This document shows positions 9,459-18,607 of a stretch of 51,464 nt of DNA, piece after piece. Origin of the DNA: an uncultured Bacilli bacterium. GTDB taxonomy: Bacteria; Bacillota_I; Bacilli_A; RF39; UBA660. Under the pieces are notes generated by a model. It was not told the DNA's origin and searched no databases. It saw only the letters and a program-made list of their open reading frames with translations. The translations under genes were made by a program, and so were the position numbers. The stretch's first letter is position 1; every line of letters begins with the position of its first letter. The DNA is taken from assembly GCA_944358505.1 (NCBI GenBank), contig CALVRG010000011.1:1-51464 (forward strand), given 5' to 3'.

Positions 9459-10190
9459 TTATTGATTTGGCAAGTACTTTTCTATTATTTTATTGGCTAT
9501 ATCTTCATATGCTCTTGTTGAAGGATAAAAATTAGTAGGATTAGGTAAATAATCTTTATTCTTTTTAAAAGTATTATATATATCTAAATATTCTATATCA
9601 TATTTTGCTGTAATTTTTTTTGTTTTAGTAATCAAGTATGAGTATAATCTTTCTATAATTATACTGTTATTATTGATAGTATTATAGTATCCAATTAAAA
9701 TAATATTTCCCTTAGCATATTTTCTTATTTCATTTAAAAGACTATCTAAACTTTTTAAGTTAGAATTTGCAATTTCAATAATATTTTCATTTGTTAGAGT
9801 TTCCACAGTATTTGTGGAAAAAGTTATTTTACTTAAAATGTCATCCGTTCCTATTGATAATGTTACTAAATTAGATTCGCGAAGGCATTTTTTTATAGAT
9901 AAAGATTGATTATTTTTAGTTATAGTTTTATTTATTTTTATATCATTTAATAAGTCTGTTATTCTGGTTCCACTTGATGAAAAAGTATTATTATATTTCT
10001 TTAACATATTTTTATCTTTAAGATAATTTGCAATATACTTACTATAACCATAGTTTGTATTACCATTTGCATCCATTCCTAAACTAAGAGAATCCCCAAT
10101 TGAAATATAATTTATTTTTTCTGTATGATTAAAATAATATATTGTATATACTATTATAATTAAAATTAATAAACAAAATATTTTTTTCAT
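9459..10190 (-). CDS. Membrane-anchored/secreted SGNH/GDSL-family protein, possibly catalytically degenerate
   Basis: N-terminal hydrophobic segment, YISIGDSL (block I) and LSIGTDD (block III). Block V reads TNFYPS instead of DxxHP. Confidence 0.75.
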   Translation of the reverse strand: MKKIFCLLILIIIVYTIYYFNHTEKINYISIGDSLSLGMDANGNTNYGYSKYIANYLKDKNMLKKYNNTFSSSGTRITDLLNDIKINKTITKNNQSLSIKKCLRESNLVTLSIGTDDILSKITFSTNTVETLTNENIIEIANSNLKSLDSLLNEIRKYAKGNIILIGYYNTINNNSIIIERLYSYLITKTKKITAKYDIEYLDIYNTFKKNKDYLPNPTNFYPSTRAYEDIANKIIEKYLPNQ

Positions 10191-10202
10191 TAAATATCAC
10201 CT

Positions 10203-10251
10203 AAAAAAGACTAGAGTTATATACTATATTTATATTTCTCTAATCTTTTTT
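10203..10251 (-). terminator. Long-loop hairpin/terminator after murA
   Basis: Minus strand AAAAAAGATTAGAG-N21-CTCTAGTCTTTTTT ends immediately before the SD of the GDSL gene. Confidence 0.5.
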
Positions 10252-10284
10252 TAGCACTGTTTTTAATACTGTTTTTAGTATTGT
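10249..10284. repeat. Imperfect 12-bp tandem repeat, 3 copies
   Basis: TTTTAGCACTGT / TTTTAATACTGT / TTTTAGTATTGT. Confidence 0.6.
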
Positions 10285-10321
10285 TTTATTAACTTTTAGT
10301 AATGCTTAAGTATTTTATTAA

Positions 10322-11575
10322 TTATATTTCTTTAAGCTCTAAGCTTGCTCCTACATCGATTAATTTTTCAACAATATTCTCATAGCCCCTTAAGATATGT
10401 TCAACATTAGTGATTTTAGTAGTTCCTTTTGCCATTAAACCTGCTATAACTAGTGCTGCTCCAGCTCTTAAGTCCGTAGCAACTACATCAGTTCCAATTA
10501 GCTTTGTTGGACCAATTATAGTAGAATTCTGATTTTTTACTCTAATATCTGCTCCCATTTGATTTAAATAAGGTATATGCATAAATCTATTCTCATAAAT
10601 CGTTTCTTCTATTTTACTTTTACCATTGCACATAGTAAGAAGTGGGGTAAGTGGCTGTTGAAGATCAGTTGCAAAACCAGGATATGTTTGTGTTTTAACA
10701 TTTATAGGATTGTAATTATTTCCGCTACTTACAATTATATAATCAGCTCCAATATCTAAAAATACTCCCATTTCTTCCAATTTACTTGTTAATGCTTCAA
10801 TATGTTCAGGAATAATATTGGATATTTTTAAATTATTACCAATTGCTGCTCCTAAAATAACATAAGTTCCTGCTTCGATTCTATCTGGTATTACTTCATG
10901 AAAACATTTTCCTAGTTTTTCAACACCCACTATTTCAATACTACTTGTTCCTGCTCCCCTTATTTTTGCACCCATATTGTTTAAAAGTGTTGCTACATTT
11001 ACAATTTCTGGCTCTTTGGCAGCATTATCTATAATAGTTGTTCCTTTAGCAAGTACTGCTGCTAACATAATATTTATAGTGGCACCAACGCTTGCAAAGT
11101 CTAAGTATATATTAGTTCCCTTTAATTCTTTTGCTTCTACAGTATATATGTTATCATTATTAGTTACCTTTGCACCTAAAGCTTCAAATCCTTTTAAATG
11201 CAAATTAATTGGTCTGGCACCTATAGAACATCCTCCTGGTAAGGCCATTGTTACCTTTTTATATTTTCCAAGTAGTGCTCCCATAAAGTAATATGATGCC
11301 CTCAACTTTTTTGTATACATACTTGGTATTTCTTTATTTTGCATATTTGAACTATTTATTACTAGACTCTCAGTAGCCCTTTTTACATCAACATTTAAAA
11401 ATTCTAGTATTTCACAAAGTGCTTCCGTATCAGTAATATTTGGAACATTGCAAATAGTTACTTCTTCACTTGAAAGAACTGCTGCTGGAATTAAAGCAAC
11501 TACACTATTTTTTGCACCACTTATTCTAATCGTTCCACTTAAAGGTTTACCTCCTTTTATTTCTAACATTTTCAT
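10322..11575 (-). CDS. murA: UDP-N-acetylglucosamine 1-carboxyvinyltransferase (MurAB/MurZ position)
   Basis: SGAKNS, LRASYY, LPGGCSIGARP (active-site Cys) and ATDLRAGA. Follows fba as Bacillus murAB does. Confidence 0.96.
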   Translation of the reverse strand: MKMLEIKGGKPLSGTIRISGAKNSVVALIPAAVLSSEEVTICNVPNITDTEALCEILEFLNVDVKRATESLVINSSNMQNKEIPSMYTKKLRASYYFMGALLGKYKKVTMALPGGCSIGARPINLHLKGFEALGAKVTNNDNIYTVEAKELKGTNIYLDFASVGATINIMLAAVLAKGTTIIDNAAKEPEIVNVATLLNNMGAKIRGAGTSSIEIVGVEKLGKCFHEVIPDRIEAGTYVILGAAIGNNLKISNIIPEHIEALTSKLEEMGVFLDIGADYIIVSSGNNYNPINVKTQTYPGFATDLQQPLTPLLTMCNGKSKIEETIYENRFMHIPYLNQMGADIRVKNQNSTIIGPTKLIGTDVVATDLRAGAALVIAGLMAKGTTKITNVEHILRGYENIVEKLIDVGASLELKEI

Positions 11576-11597
11576 ATTTAATCACTACTTTCTTACA

Positions 11598-12473
11598 TTA
11601 TATTATATCATTTTTTTCTTTTTTGGGACTAATGTGATTTGGGTTAAATACATCTACAAGCTCATTTATTTTTTCTTTTATACTAGTCTCACCACTACTT
11701 ATTAGTTTTCTAGGATCATAAACATTTGGGTGTTCTTTGATAAAGGTTAGAACATCATTATGCCAAGTTACTTGCAATTCTGTGTTTATATTTATTTTAC
11801 TTATACCACAACTAATAGCTTTTTTTATCATATTATAAGGAATACCTGTTCCTCCATGTAAAACTAGGGGAATTAACAAGTTTTCATTTATTTCTTTCAT
11901 TCTATTAAAATCTAAATTTGGTTCTCCTTTATATAATCCATGAACAGATCCAAGTGCTGGTGCTAAAGCATCAATTCCTGTTTTACTTAGTTCAATGCAG
12001 TCTTCCAAAGTAGCTCTAAAAACATCGCCATAAACATTATCTTCAGTACCACCAACATGACCTACTTCAGCTTCTACTGAGACACCTTTTGAATGTGCAT
12101 ATTCTACTACTTCCTTTGTTATTTTTTTATTTGTTTCTAAATCATATTTACTAGCATCTATCATAACAGATGTAAAGCCTGCATCTACTGCTTCTTTACA
12201 TTTTTCAAAACTACTGCCATGATCTAAATGAAGACACACAGGGATAGTTATTTTTAAATCCTTGATTAGACCTTCTACCAAAGATCTTATAGTATAAAAG
12301 CCTCCCATATATTTAGCAGCACCCTCACTAACTCCTAAAATAACAGGAAGATTTTCTTCTTGCATTTGTTCTAATATGTATTTTGTCCACTCTAAATTAT
12401 TGATATTAAAATGTGGTACAGCATATTTTTCTTTTTTTGCCGAATTTAACATTTCATTAAAATTTACTAACAT
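11598..12473 (-). CDS. fba: Class II fructose-bisphosphate aldolase
   Basis: [36 protein letters not shown] and KININTE motifs. Confidence 0.96.
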   Translation of the reverse strand: MLVNFNEMLNSAKKEKYAVPHFNINNLEWTKYILEQMQEENLPVILGVSEGAAKYMGGFYTIRSLVEGLIKDLKITIPVCLHLDHGSSFEKCKEAVDAGFTSVMIDASKYDLETNKKITKEVVEYAHSKGVSVEAEVGHVGGTEDNVYGDVFRATLEDCIELSKTGIDALAPALGSVHGLYKGEPNLDFNRMKEINENLLIPLVLHGGTGIPYNMIKKAISCGISKININTELQVTWHNDVLTFIKEHPNVYDPRKLISSGETSIKEKINELVDVFNPNHISPKKEKNDII

Positions 12474-12541
12474 AAACAACACCTTTCTATATATATCATA
12501 AGCAATTATATAATCTTTGTCAAAAGAAAAAGAAGCATATT

Positions 12542-12646
12542 TTAGCCTCTTTTAATCTTGGGTTTACAATAATACTCTAATGGAAGTATTTCTTTTCTTA
12601 TAATTTCTTCCATTTCTTCAGTATTAATCATTCTTTTTTCCTGCAT
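12542..12646 (-). CDS. Unannotated small protein (34 aa)
   Basis: Manual translation [34 protein letters not shown], with SD GGGTGA 6 nt upstream. It fills the mntP-fba gap and is co-oriented with its neighbours. Confidence 0.55.
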   Translation of the reverse strand: MQEKRMINTEEMEEIIRKEILPLEYYCKPKIKRG

Positions 12647-12686
12647 TAAATATCACCCATTTATAGTTTTTACTATTTTTATCTGA

Positions 12687-13232
12687 TTATTCAAAAAAAT
12701 AATAAACTGCTAATAATAATAAAATTATACTACCTATAACATTGGCAATTTTACCAAATTTTAATGTTAAAAAATTACCTATGTTAAGACCTATATATGT
12801 AAATATAAAACTACATACAGAAAAAATAATTCCTGCTAATAATATATTATTTTCATGAGTCCCTAAAGCTATACCAACAGAAAAACTATCTATACTAACA
12901 CTAAAACCAAATAAGAAAGCACTAGCTAAATTTTTGAAGTCTTTTTTTTCTTCTTCTAATTCTTTTATATTTAGTAACATTTCTATACTAAGTATTGTAA
13001 ATATAATTCCTACTAATATATCAGGATTACTAATAATATGATTTACTATAAATAATCCTAGGAGGCTTCCTAAAATGGGCATTACAAAATGAAATATTCC
13101 TACTGTTATACTTAAAAAATTTTTAATTTTTTTAGATAAGTTTAAGGTCCCATAGACAATTGATAAAGAAAATGCATCCATACTTAAGCCTATTGCTATG
13201 ATAATAAGTTCAAAAATTCCCACAAATATCAC
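12687..13232 (-). CDS. mntP: Manganese efflux pump MntP family (YwlD-like)
   Basis: AIGLSMDAFS, GIFHFVMP and SVSIDSFSVG duplicated motifs. Confidence 0.88.
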   Translation of the reverse strand: MIFVGIFELIIIAIGLSMDAFSLSIVYGTLNLSKKIKNFLSITVGIFHFVMPILGSLLGLFIVNHIISNPDILVGIIFTILSIEMLLNIKELEEEKKDFKNLASAFLFGFSVSIDSFSVGIALGTHENNILLAGIIFSVCSFIFTYIGLNIGNFLTLKFGKIANVIGSIILLLLAVYYFFE

Positions 13233-13265
13233 CTATTTGATTTTATTCAAATAGGTATTTTTTTA

Positions 13266-13793
13266 TTATAAGTATTTATCTATCATTTCTTTTACGTATG
13301 ATTTATATTCAATATCAGTTGTATTATTATTTTCCCCTTCCATTAAACATAATGGTGGGAAAAGTACGCACCACCAATTCTCTCCGTTACCATTTCCTAA
13401 TGTTACAACTAATGATTCGTAATACCCTTCTTCATAAATTACACCTTTATAATTTTTTTCCGGAAAATAGTTAAGTCCAAAATTAACTTTATATGCTGTA
13501 TTTATTTGATTTGTTAAAAGTGTTCTTTGAACTAAACTTTCAAAATGACTTTGATTTTCTTTTAGTATTGTTCTTGTTTCATTAATATTATTACTATTTT
13601 TTAATAGTTCTATTAAATCTTGTTCTAAAACATCTTTTATTATATTTTTAGTTTGTTGATCTTCTATAGTATTAGATTCTGCTACTACTCTAAATCTAAT
13701 TGCTTCATCAGGAATTATTATTTCTTCACTTTCTTTATTTGCATTTGGTATAAATACTAAGACAAGACTTGCTAGAATTAAATATTTTTTCAT
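13266..13793 (-). CDS. spoIIR: Stage II sporulation protein R
   Basis: Signal peptide, IPDEAIRFRVVAESN, FPEKNY...YESLVVTLGNGNGENWWCVLFPPLC; downstream of prmC. Confidence 0.95.
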   Translation of the reverse strand: MKKYLILASLVLVFIPNANKESEEIIIPDEAIRFRVVAESNTIEDQQTKNIIKDVLEQDLIELLKNSNNINETRTILKENQSHFESLVQRTLLTNQINTAYKVNFGLNYFPEKNYKGVIYEEGYYESLVVTLGNGNGENWWCVLFPPLCLMEGENNNTTDIEYKSYVKEMIDKYL

Positions 13794-13844
13794 ATAAAAA
13801 TATCACCCTTTCTTTACTTAATTAATGAGTGATATTTTATTTTT

Positions 13845-14672
13845 TTAATCATTATTCTTTTCGACAAAAATCATTCTATCTTTATTACTTAAATCTTTTT
13901 TATTAATTACTTTACTATTAGGTATAGTATTCTCTATTATATTTTTTAATTTTTCTCCCTTAAGATAGTCTATTTCAAAAGCAACTAAATAACTATCTTT
14001 TAAATATTTATTTATATCTTTAAGTATTTTTTTATAGCAATCAAGGCCATCTATTCCTCCATATAAAGCAAGATGTGGTTCATTGTTTTTTACTATCTCT
14101 TCTATTTCTTCATTTGTTTCTATGTATGGTGGATTAGATACAATAATATCATATTTTTCTTCTTTAATATTACTAAACCAATCACTTAAGATGAATTTTA
14201 CTTTTAGATTTAAGTTTTTAGCATTTGTTTTTGCAACTTCTAAGGCTTCATTGCTGATATCTGTTAATGTCACTTCTGCTTCTTCAAAAAATTTTTTTAG
14301 ACTTAAACCAATAACTCCACTACCACATCCTAAATCAAGAATTTTAGGCTTTTTAATTTTTTTAGTGATTAAATAACTTTTAATATATTCTACTAACTCT
14401 TCTGTTTCAAATCTTGGTATTAGAACATTTTCATTGACTATAAATTTTGATCCATAGAAATTAACATGACCTATTACGTATTGAATAGGTCTATTTGCTT
14501 TTAAAGCCTCTAAGCTTTTTTTATAAATATTTATTGTATTTGTTGGTACTTCTTTATCAAGCATTGTTAATAGTTCTAATGGATTCACTGATAAAAATGA
14601 TGCTAATAACATTTTAGCATGAGCGCTATTAGTATATTTTTTACCATAAACTATTAATTCTTCTATTGTCAT
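13845..14672 (-). CDS. prmC: Release factor glutamine methyltransferase
   Basis: PIQYVIG, VLIPRFETEELV, DLGCGSG and VSNPPY; translationally coupled to prfA. Confidence 0.96.
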   Translation of the reverse strand: MTIEELIVYGKKYTNSAHAKMLLASFLSVNPLELLTMLDKEVPTNTINIYKKSLEALKANRPIQYVIGHVNFYGSKFIVNENVLIPRFETEELVEYIKSYLITKKIKKPKILDLGCGSGVIGLSLKKFFEEAEVTLTDISNEALEVAKTNAKNLNLKVKFILSDWFSNIKEEKYDIIVSNPPYIETNEEIEEIVKNNEPHLALYGGIDGLDCYKKILKDINKYLKDSYLVAFEIDYLKGEKLKNIIENTIPNSKVINKKDLSNKDRMIFVEKNND

Positions 14673-15730
14673 TATTTTTCTCCTGCAAGCTGTCTTCTTT
14701 GATCTTCCATTGTTAATGCTTCTATTATTTCCATTAAATCACCATTCATAACTCTATCTAAATTATTTGTAGTAAAGCTAATACGGTGATCTGTTACTCT
14801 ATTTTGTGGATAATTATAAGTTCTTATCTTTTCAGCTCTGTCTCCTGTTCCAATTTTACTACGACGTGACTCTCCTAATTCTTCTTCTTTTTTACGTAAT
14901 TCTTGTTCGTAGAGTCTTGCTTTTAATACTTTCATTGCTTGTTCTTTATTTTGAATTTGACTTCTTTCATTTTGACAAGTTACTACAGTATTTGTTGGTA
15001 AGTGAGTAATTCTAACTGCACTATCTGTTGTATTTACACCTTGTCCTCCACATCCTGACGATCTATAAATATCTATTCTAAGATCAGCTGGATTAATTTC
15101 TATATTAACGTCTTCTGCTTCAGGCATTACTAAAACGGTAGCAGTAGAAGTTTGAATTCTACCATTGCTTTCTGTAACAGGTATTCTTTGAACTCTATGT
15201 GAACCACTTTCATATTTTAATTTCGAATAAGCACCATTTCCTTTTACCATAAATTCTATTTGACTAAAACCTCCAGCAGTTCCTTCTTCAGCATCTATTA
15301 ATTCTGTTTTAAATCCAACCTTTTCAGCATATTTAGTGTACATTCTGTAAAGATCTCCAGCAAATATATTAGCTTCATCTCCCCCTGCTGCACCTCTTAT
15401 TTCTACAATAACATTCTTGTTATCATTTGGATCCTTTGGTATTAATAATACTTCTAAATCTTGCTCTAGTTTTTCTTTTTTTGATTCTAAATCTTTTAAT
15501 TCCTCTTTAGCTATTTCTTTTAATTCTTCATCTTTTAACATTTCTCTAGTTTCAGGAATATCATTTAAAACTTTTTTATATTCTTGATAAACTTTTACTA
15601 CTTCTTCAAGGTCTGCCAATTCTTTTGATAACTCTCTTGTCTTATTAATATTTTTTAATACTTCTTCGCTCATCAAAGTTTGTTGCAATTCTAAGTATTT
15701 TTTTTCTGTAGCTTCAAGTCGTTCTAACAT
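14672..15730 (-). CDS. prfA: Peptide chain release factor 1
   Basis: [10 protein letters not shown] (PxT), GGQ and [15 protein letters not shown] motifs. Confidence 0.98.
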   Translation of the reverse strand: MLERLEATEKKYLELQQTLMSEEVLKNINKTRELSKELADLEEVVKVYQEYKKVLNDIPETREMLKDEELKEIAKEELKDLESKKEKLEQDLEVLLIPKDPNDNKNVIVEIRGAAGGDEANIFAGDLYRMYTKYAEKVGFKTELIDAEEGTAGGFSQIEFMVKGNGAYSKLKYESGSHRVQRIPVTESNGRIQTSTATVLVMPEAEDVNIEINPADLRIDIYRSSGCGGQGVNTTDSAVRITHLPTNTVVTCQNERSQIQNKEQAMKVLKARLYEQELRKKEEELGESRRSKIGTGDRAEKIRTYNYPQNRVTDHRISFTTNNLDRVMNGDLMEIIEALTMEDQRRQLAGEK

Positions 15731-15800
15731 AATACCAGTCCTTTCTTTTCTATGTAATTATAACATATTGAACAAATATATAGCAACTAAAAAAGAGTTA

Positions 15801-16250
15801 TTAACTCTCTTCTAATTCATCTTCATCAACTACTACTAAATCTTTTAAATCTTCATTAGTATCAGCATAATCATCATCTTCATCTGTATCACCAGAATCA
15901 TAATTATCTTCTTCGTCTTCATCTATAATGATTGTATCTTCTTTTATTTCTTCGTCTTCATCATCTTCATCTTCATCTTCTGTTACTTTAACAATTTTAT
16001 CAGATGTATGTCTACTTCTTAAATCCCAACATCCATCTTCTAATAAAATAAATCTTTTATCAGTTGTTAATAATGTATAATAGTCACCTATTTTTTCTTC
16101 AAAGGTCTTATTAGGAAGCTCTAAAAGCATTACTACTTTTTTAAATAAATCAGCAGTATTCATTTTTCCTTCTTCTTCTAATATATAATAAGTTATATCT
16201 TTATGTGATAATAATTCTAATTCTTCTTTTTTCATTTTAGCTAATTTCAT
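15801..16250 (-). CDS. rpoE: RNA polymerase delta subunit
   Basis: YYTLLTTDKRFILLEDGCWDLR plus a highly acidic C-terminal tail; start after SD GGAGG. Confidence 0.92.
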   Translation of the reverse strand: MKLAKMKKEELELLSHKDITYYILEEEGKMNTADLFKKVVMLLELPNKTFEEKIGDYYTLLTTDKRFILLEDGCWDLRSRHTSDKIVKVTEDEDEDDEDEEIKEDTIIIDEDEEDNYDSGDTDEDDDYADTNEDLKDLVVVDEDELEES

Positions 16251-16397
16251 AAAATTTCCTCCTATAGCTAAGAGCATTATATGCTATTTATTTTTATTTG
16301 TGTATTAAATCATATAAACTTATAGCATGTTTTTTTTTAAAAGGCAATACTTTTTTATATATTTATATTTTTTACAAAATTGGCTAAAGCTAGATAT

Positions 16398-18140
16398 CTA
16401 CATTTTTTCAGGCACTTCAATGGCAAGAATATTAAGCAATTCTTCGTTTGTTTCTTTTACCAATTTGGTTAAAGTAAGCCAACTTTCTTTTTTACTTTTA
16501 TCTGTTTCTGTTAAAATATAATTTTCTTCATAAAATCTACTATAAAGACTTGTTAAATTATATAAATATTCAGCAATTGGACTTAAATCTTTATTATTAT
16601 AAGATTTATGCAAAACTTTGTTTTTTTCTAGTAATAATAAAATCATTTCTTTTTCTGTTCCAAATGGAACATTATAATAATGTTTATAATCTATTCCTAA
16701 ATCATTTGCTTTTTTTAATATTGATTTCATTCTAATAGTGTTATAAAGAATATATGGACCTGTCTTTCCTTCTACATCAATAAATTTACTTGGTTCAAAA
16801 ATATAGTCAGTTGTTCTATTTGGAAGAAAATCTGCATATTTAATAGCAGCTATAGCTATTTTTTCGGCTATATCTTCTTTAGCTTCTATTTCTTTATTCA
16901 TATGTAATAAAATTTCTTCTTTAACGCTCTTTAAAAGTGATTTTAATGTTGCTGCTTTGCCATCTCTTGTTTTAAAAGGTTTACCATCTGTGCCATTCAT
17001 TGTCCCAAAACCATAAAAAGATAATTTTGTATCATTTTGAACAAGACCTGTTTTAAATGCTGCTCTAAATACTTGAGTAAAATATAATTCTTGTCTGTTA
17101 TCTGTTAAATACCAAATTTCTTTTGGATTAAATCTCTTCATGCGAGAATCAATAGTTGCAAGTTCTCTTGTAGCATATAAAGTTGCACCATTACTTTTAA
17201 TAACAACTAGTGGTGGCATTGGTGACTTATCAGACTCTTCTATCACTTCCACTATTTTAGCACCTTCACTATCAACTAAATAACCTGATTTTTCCATAAT
17301 AGAAATTGTTTCATCAATATATGGAAAAGCATCACTTTCTCCTTCCCACAAATCAAAAGTAGTATTTAACTTTTTATAAATAGATTTTATATCTTGAACT
17401 GATATTTCTTTTATTTTTTCCCACAACGCAACATATCCCTTATTTTTACCAGTTTCAAGTTCAGCAGTTATTTCCCTTACTGTGTTCATTATTTCTTCAT
17501 TTTCTTTAGCTTTAATACTGGCAGTAGGATATATTTCTTCTAAGTCTTTAGCTGTTATTGGAAGTTTATCCCAATTTGTTTCTTCTTTTCCACTGAAATA
17601 ATTAAGATTTGGATATCTTTGTTTAATTTCATAAATAACCATTCCAGACTGGCGACCTATATCACCAAAATGGACATCAGAAATAATATTTTTGCCAAGG
17701 TATTTTGCTAATCTTTTTAGAGCCTCTCCTATATTTGCACTTCTTAAATGACCTACATGAAGAGTTTTTGCAATATTTGCACCACCATAATCAATAACTA
17801 TTTTACTTTCTTTTAGTTTTTCCACATCTTTTGTGGAATCTATATTTAGTTTTTCCACATACTCTGTTAATATCTCATCTTTAAGTGTTAAATTAATAAA
17901 TCCTGCACCTGCGATATTAATATTTTTAAAACAATTTATTTCATCTAAGCATTTTACAATTTCTTCAGCAATTTCTTTAGGAGATTTGTGCATTATTTTT
18001 GCTAATTTCATTGCATCGTTTATTTGAAAGTCCCCAAGTTCTTTTTTATTGCTTGGTAATAATGTTACTTCTTCTAAAGGAATTCCTTTACTTTTTAAGC
18101 TTTTTGATATTTCTTTTTGTATAGTATTTAGAAAATTCAT
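16398..18140 (-). CDS. argS: Arginine--tRNA ligase
   Basis: GDFQIN, AGAGFIN, LHVGHLRS (HIGH), KPFKTRDG and GKTGPYILY; ends PEKM. Confidence 0.96.
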   Translation of the reverse strand: MNFLNTIQKEISKSLKSKGIPLEEVTLLPSNKKELGDFQINDAMKLAKIMHKSPKEIAEEIVKCLDEINCFKNINIAGAGFINLTLKDEILTEYVEKLNIDSTKDVEKLKESKIVIDYGGANIAKTLHVGHLRSANIGEALKRLAKYLGKNIISDVHFGDIGRQSGMVIYEIKQRYPNLNYFSGKEETNWDKLPITAKDLEEIYPTASIKAKENEEIMNTVREITAELETGKNKGYVALWEKIKEISVQDIKSIYKKLNTTFDLWEGESDAFPYIDETISIMEKSGYLVDSEGAKIVEVIEESDKSPMPPLVVIKSNGATLYATRELATIDSRMKRFNPKEIWYLTDNRQELYFTQVFRAAFKTGLVQNDTKLSFYGFGTMNGTDGKPFKTRDGKAATLKSLLKSVKEEILLHMNKEIEAKEDIAEKIAIAAIKYADFLPNRTTDYIFEPSKFIDVEGKTGPYILYNTIRMKSILKKANDLGIDYKHYYNVPFGTEKEMILLLLEKNKVLHKSYNNKDLSPIAEYLYNLTSLYSRFYEENYILTETDKSKKESWLTLTKLVKETNEELLNILAIEVPEKM

Positions 18141-18505
18141 AGATACCTCCATTCTACATTATATGTGTGTTTAAAGTCGTTACCTTCTATTTGATATACT
18201 ACTTCATAGAAATTAACTTTTTTTGTTATAGTAAAAGTTTTCATTGGAACTAGCCCTGTTTGCTTTAAGTCTTTTAAATATACTTCAAAATTAGTCTTTT
18301 CATTCTTAACAAACTTGTAACTCAAAATACTGTCTTCTGTTTCTCTTAGCATAATATTGTCATTAAAAAAAATAGTTAATAAAGCATTTTTATCATGATA
18401 CTGAAGTAAATTTTTATTAGAATCTATTTTTCCTTTACCTTCATAAAATATTTCTTCGTTATCATTTTTTATTTTTGACTTGATTAATACATCTTTCAAA
18501 GTCAT
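18137..18505 (-). CDS. DUF1934/YwiB-like hypothetical protein
   Basis: Beta-rich protein of about 120 aa overlapping the argS start, as in ywiB-argS; assigned mainly by synteny. Confidence 0.55.
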   Translation of the reverse strand: MTLKDVLIKSKIKNDNEEIFYEGKGKIDSNKNLLQYHDKNALLTIFFNDNIMLRETEDSILSYKFVKNEKTNFEVYLKDLKQTGLVPMKTFTITKKVNFYEVVYQIEGNDFKHTYNVEWRYL

Positions 18506-18607
18506 CTCTCCTTTTACTGCTATGATTATAACAAAAAACATAAGAAGTTACAACTTATTTGTTTGAAGTAAATATTTTTGGGTATTACTATTATTAGGTG
18601 ATATCTA

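Noticed and set aside
13860-13866. Perfect 0A box upstream of spoIIR
   Set aside because: Single copy inside prmC coding sequence (FVE), and spoIIR is normally sigF-driven; chance cannot be excluded.
14672-15730. Possible Mollicutes-style UGA=Trp recoding given the low GC
   Set aside because: dnaA, gyrA, agrC and the lemA-like gene end in TGA, and proteins are full-length under code 11.
15801-15985. TCA/TCT trinucleotide-like repeats
   Set aside because: They simply encode the normal Asp/Glu tail of the RNA polymerase delta subunit.
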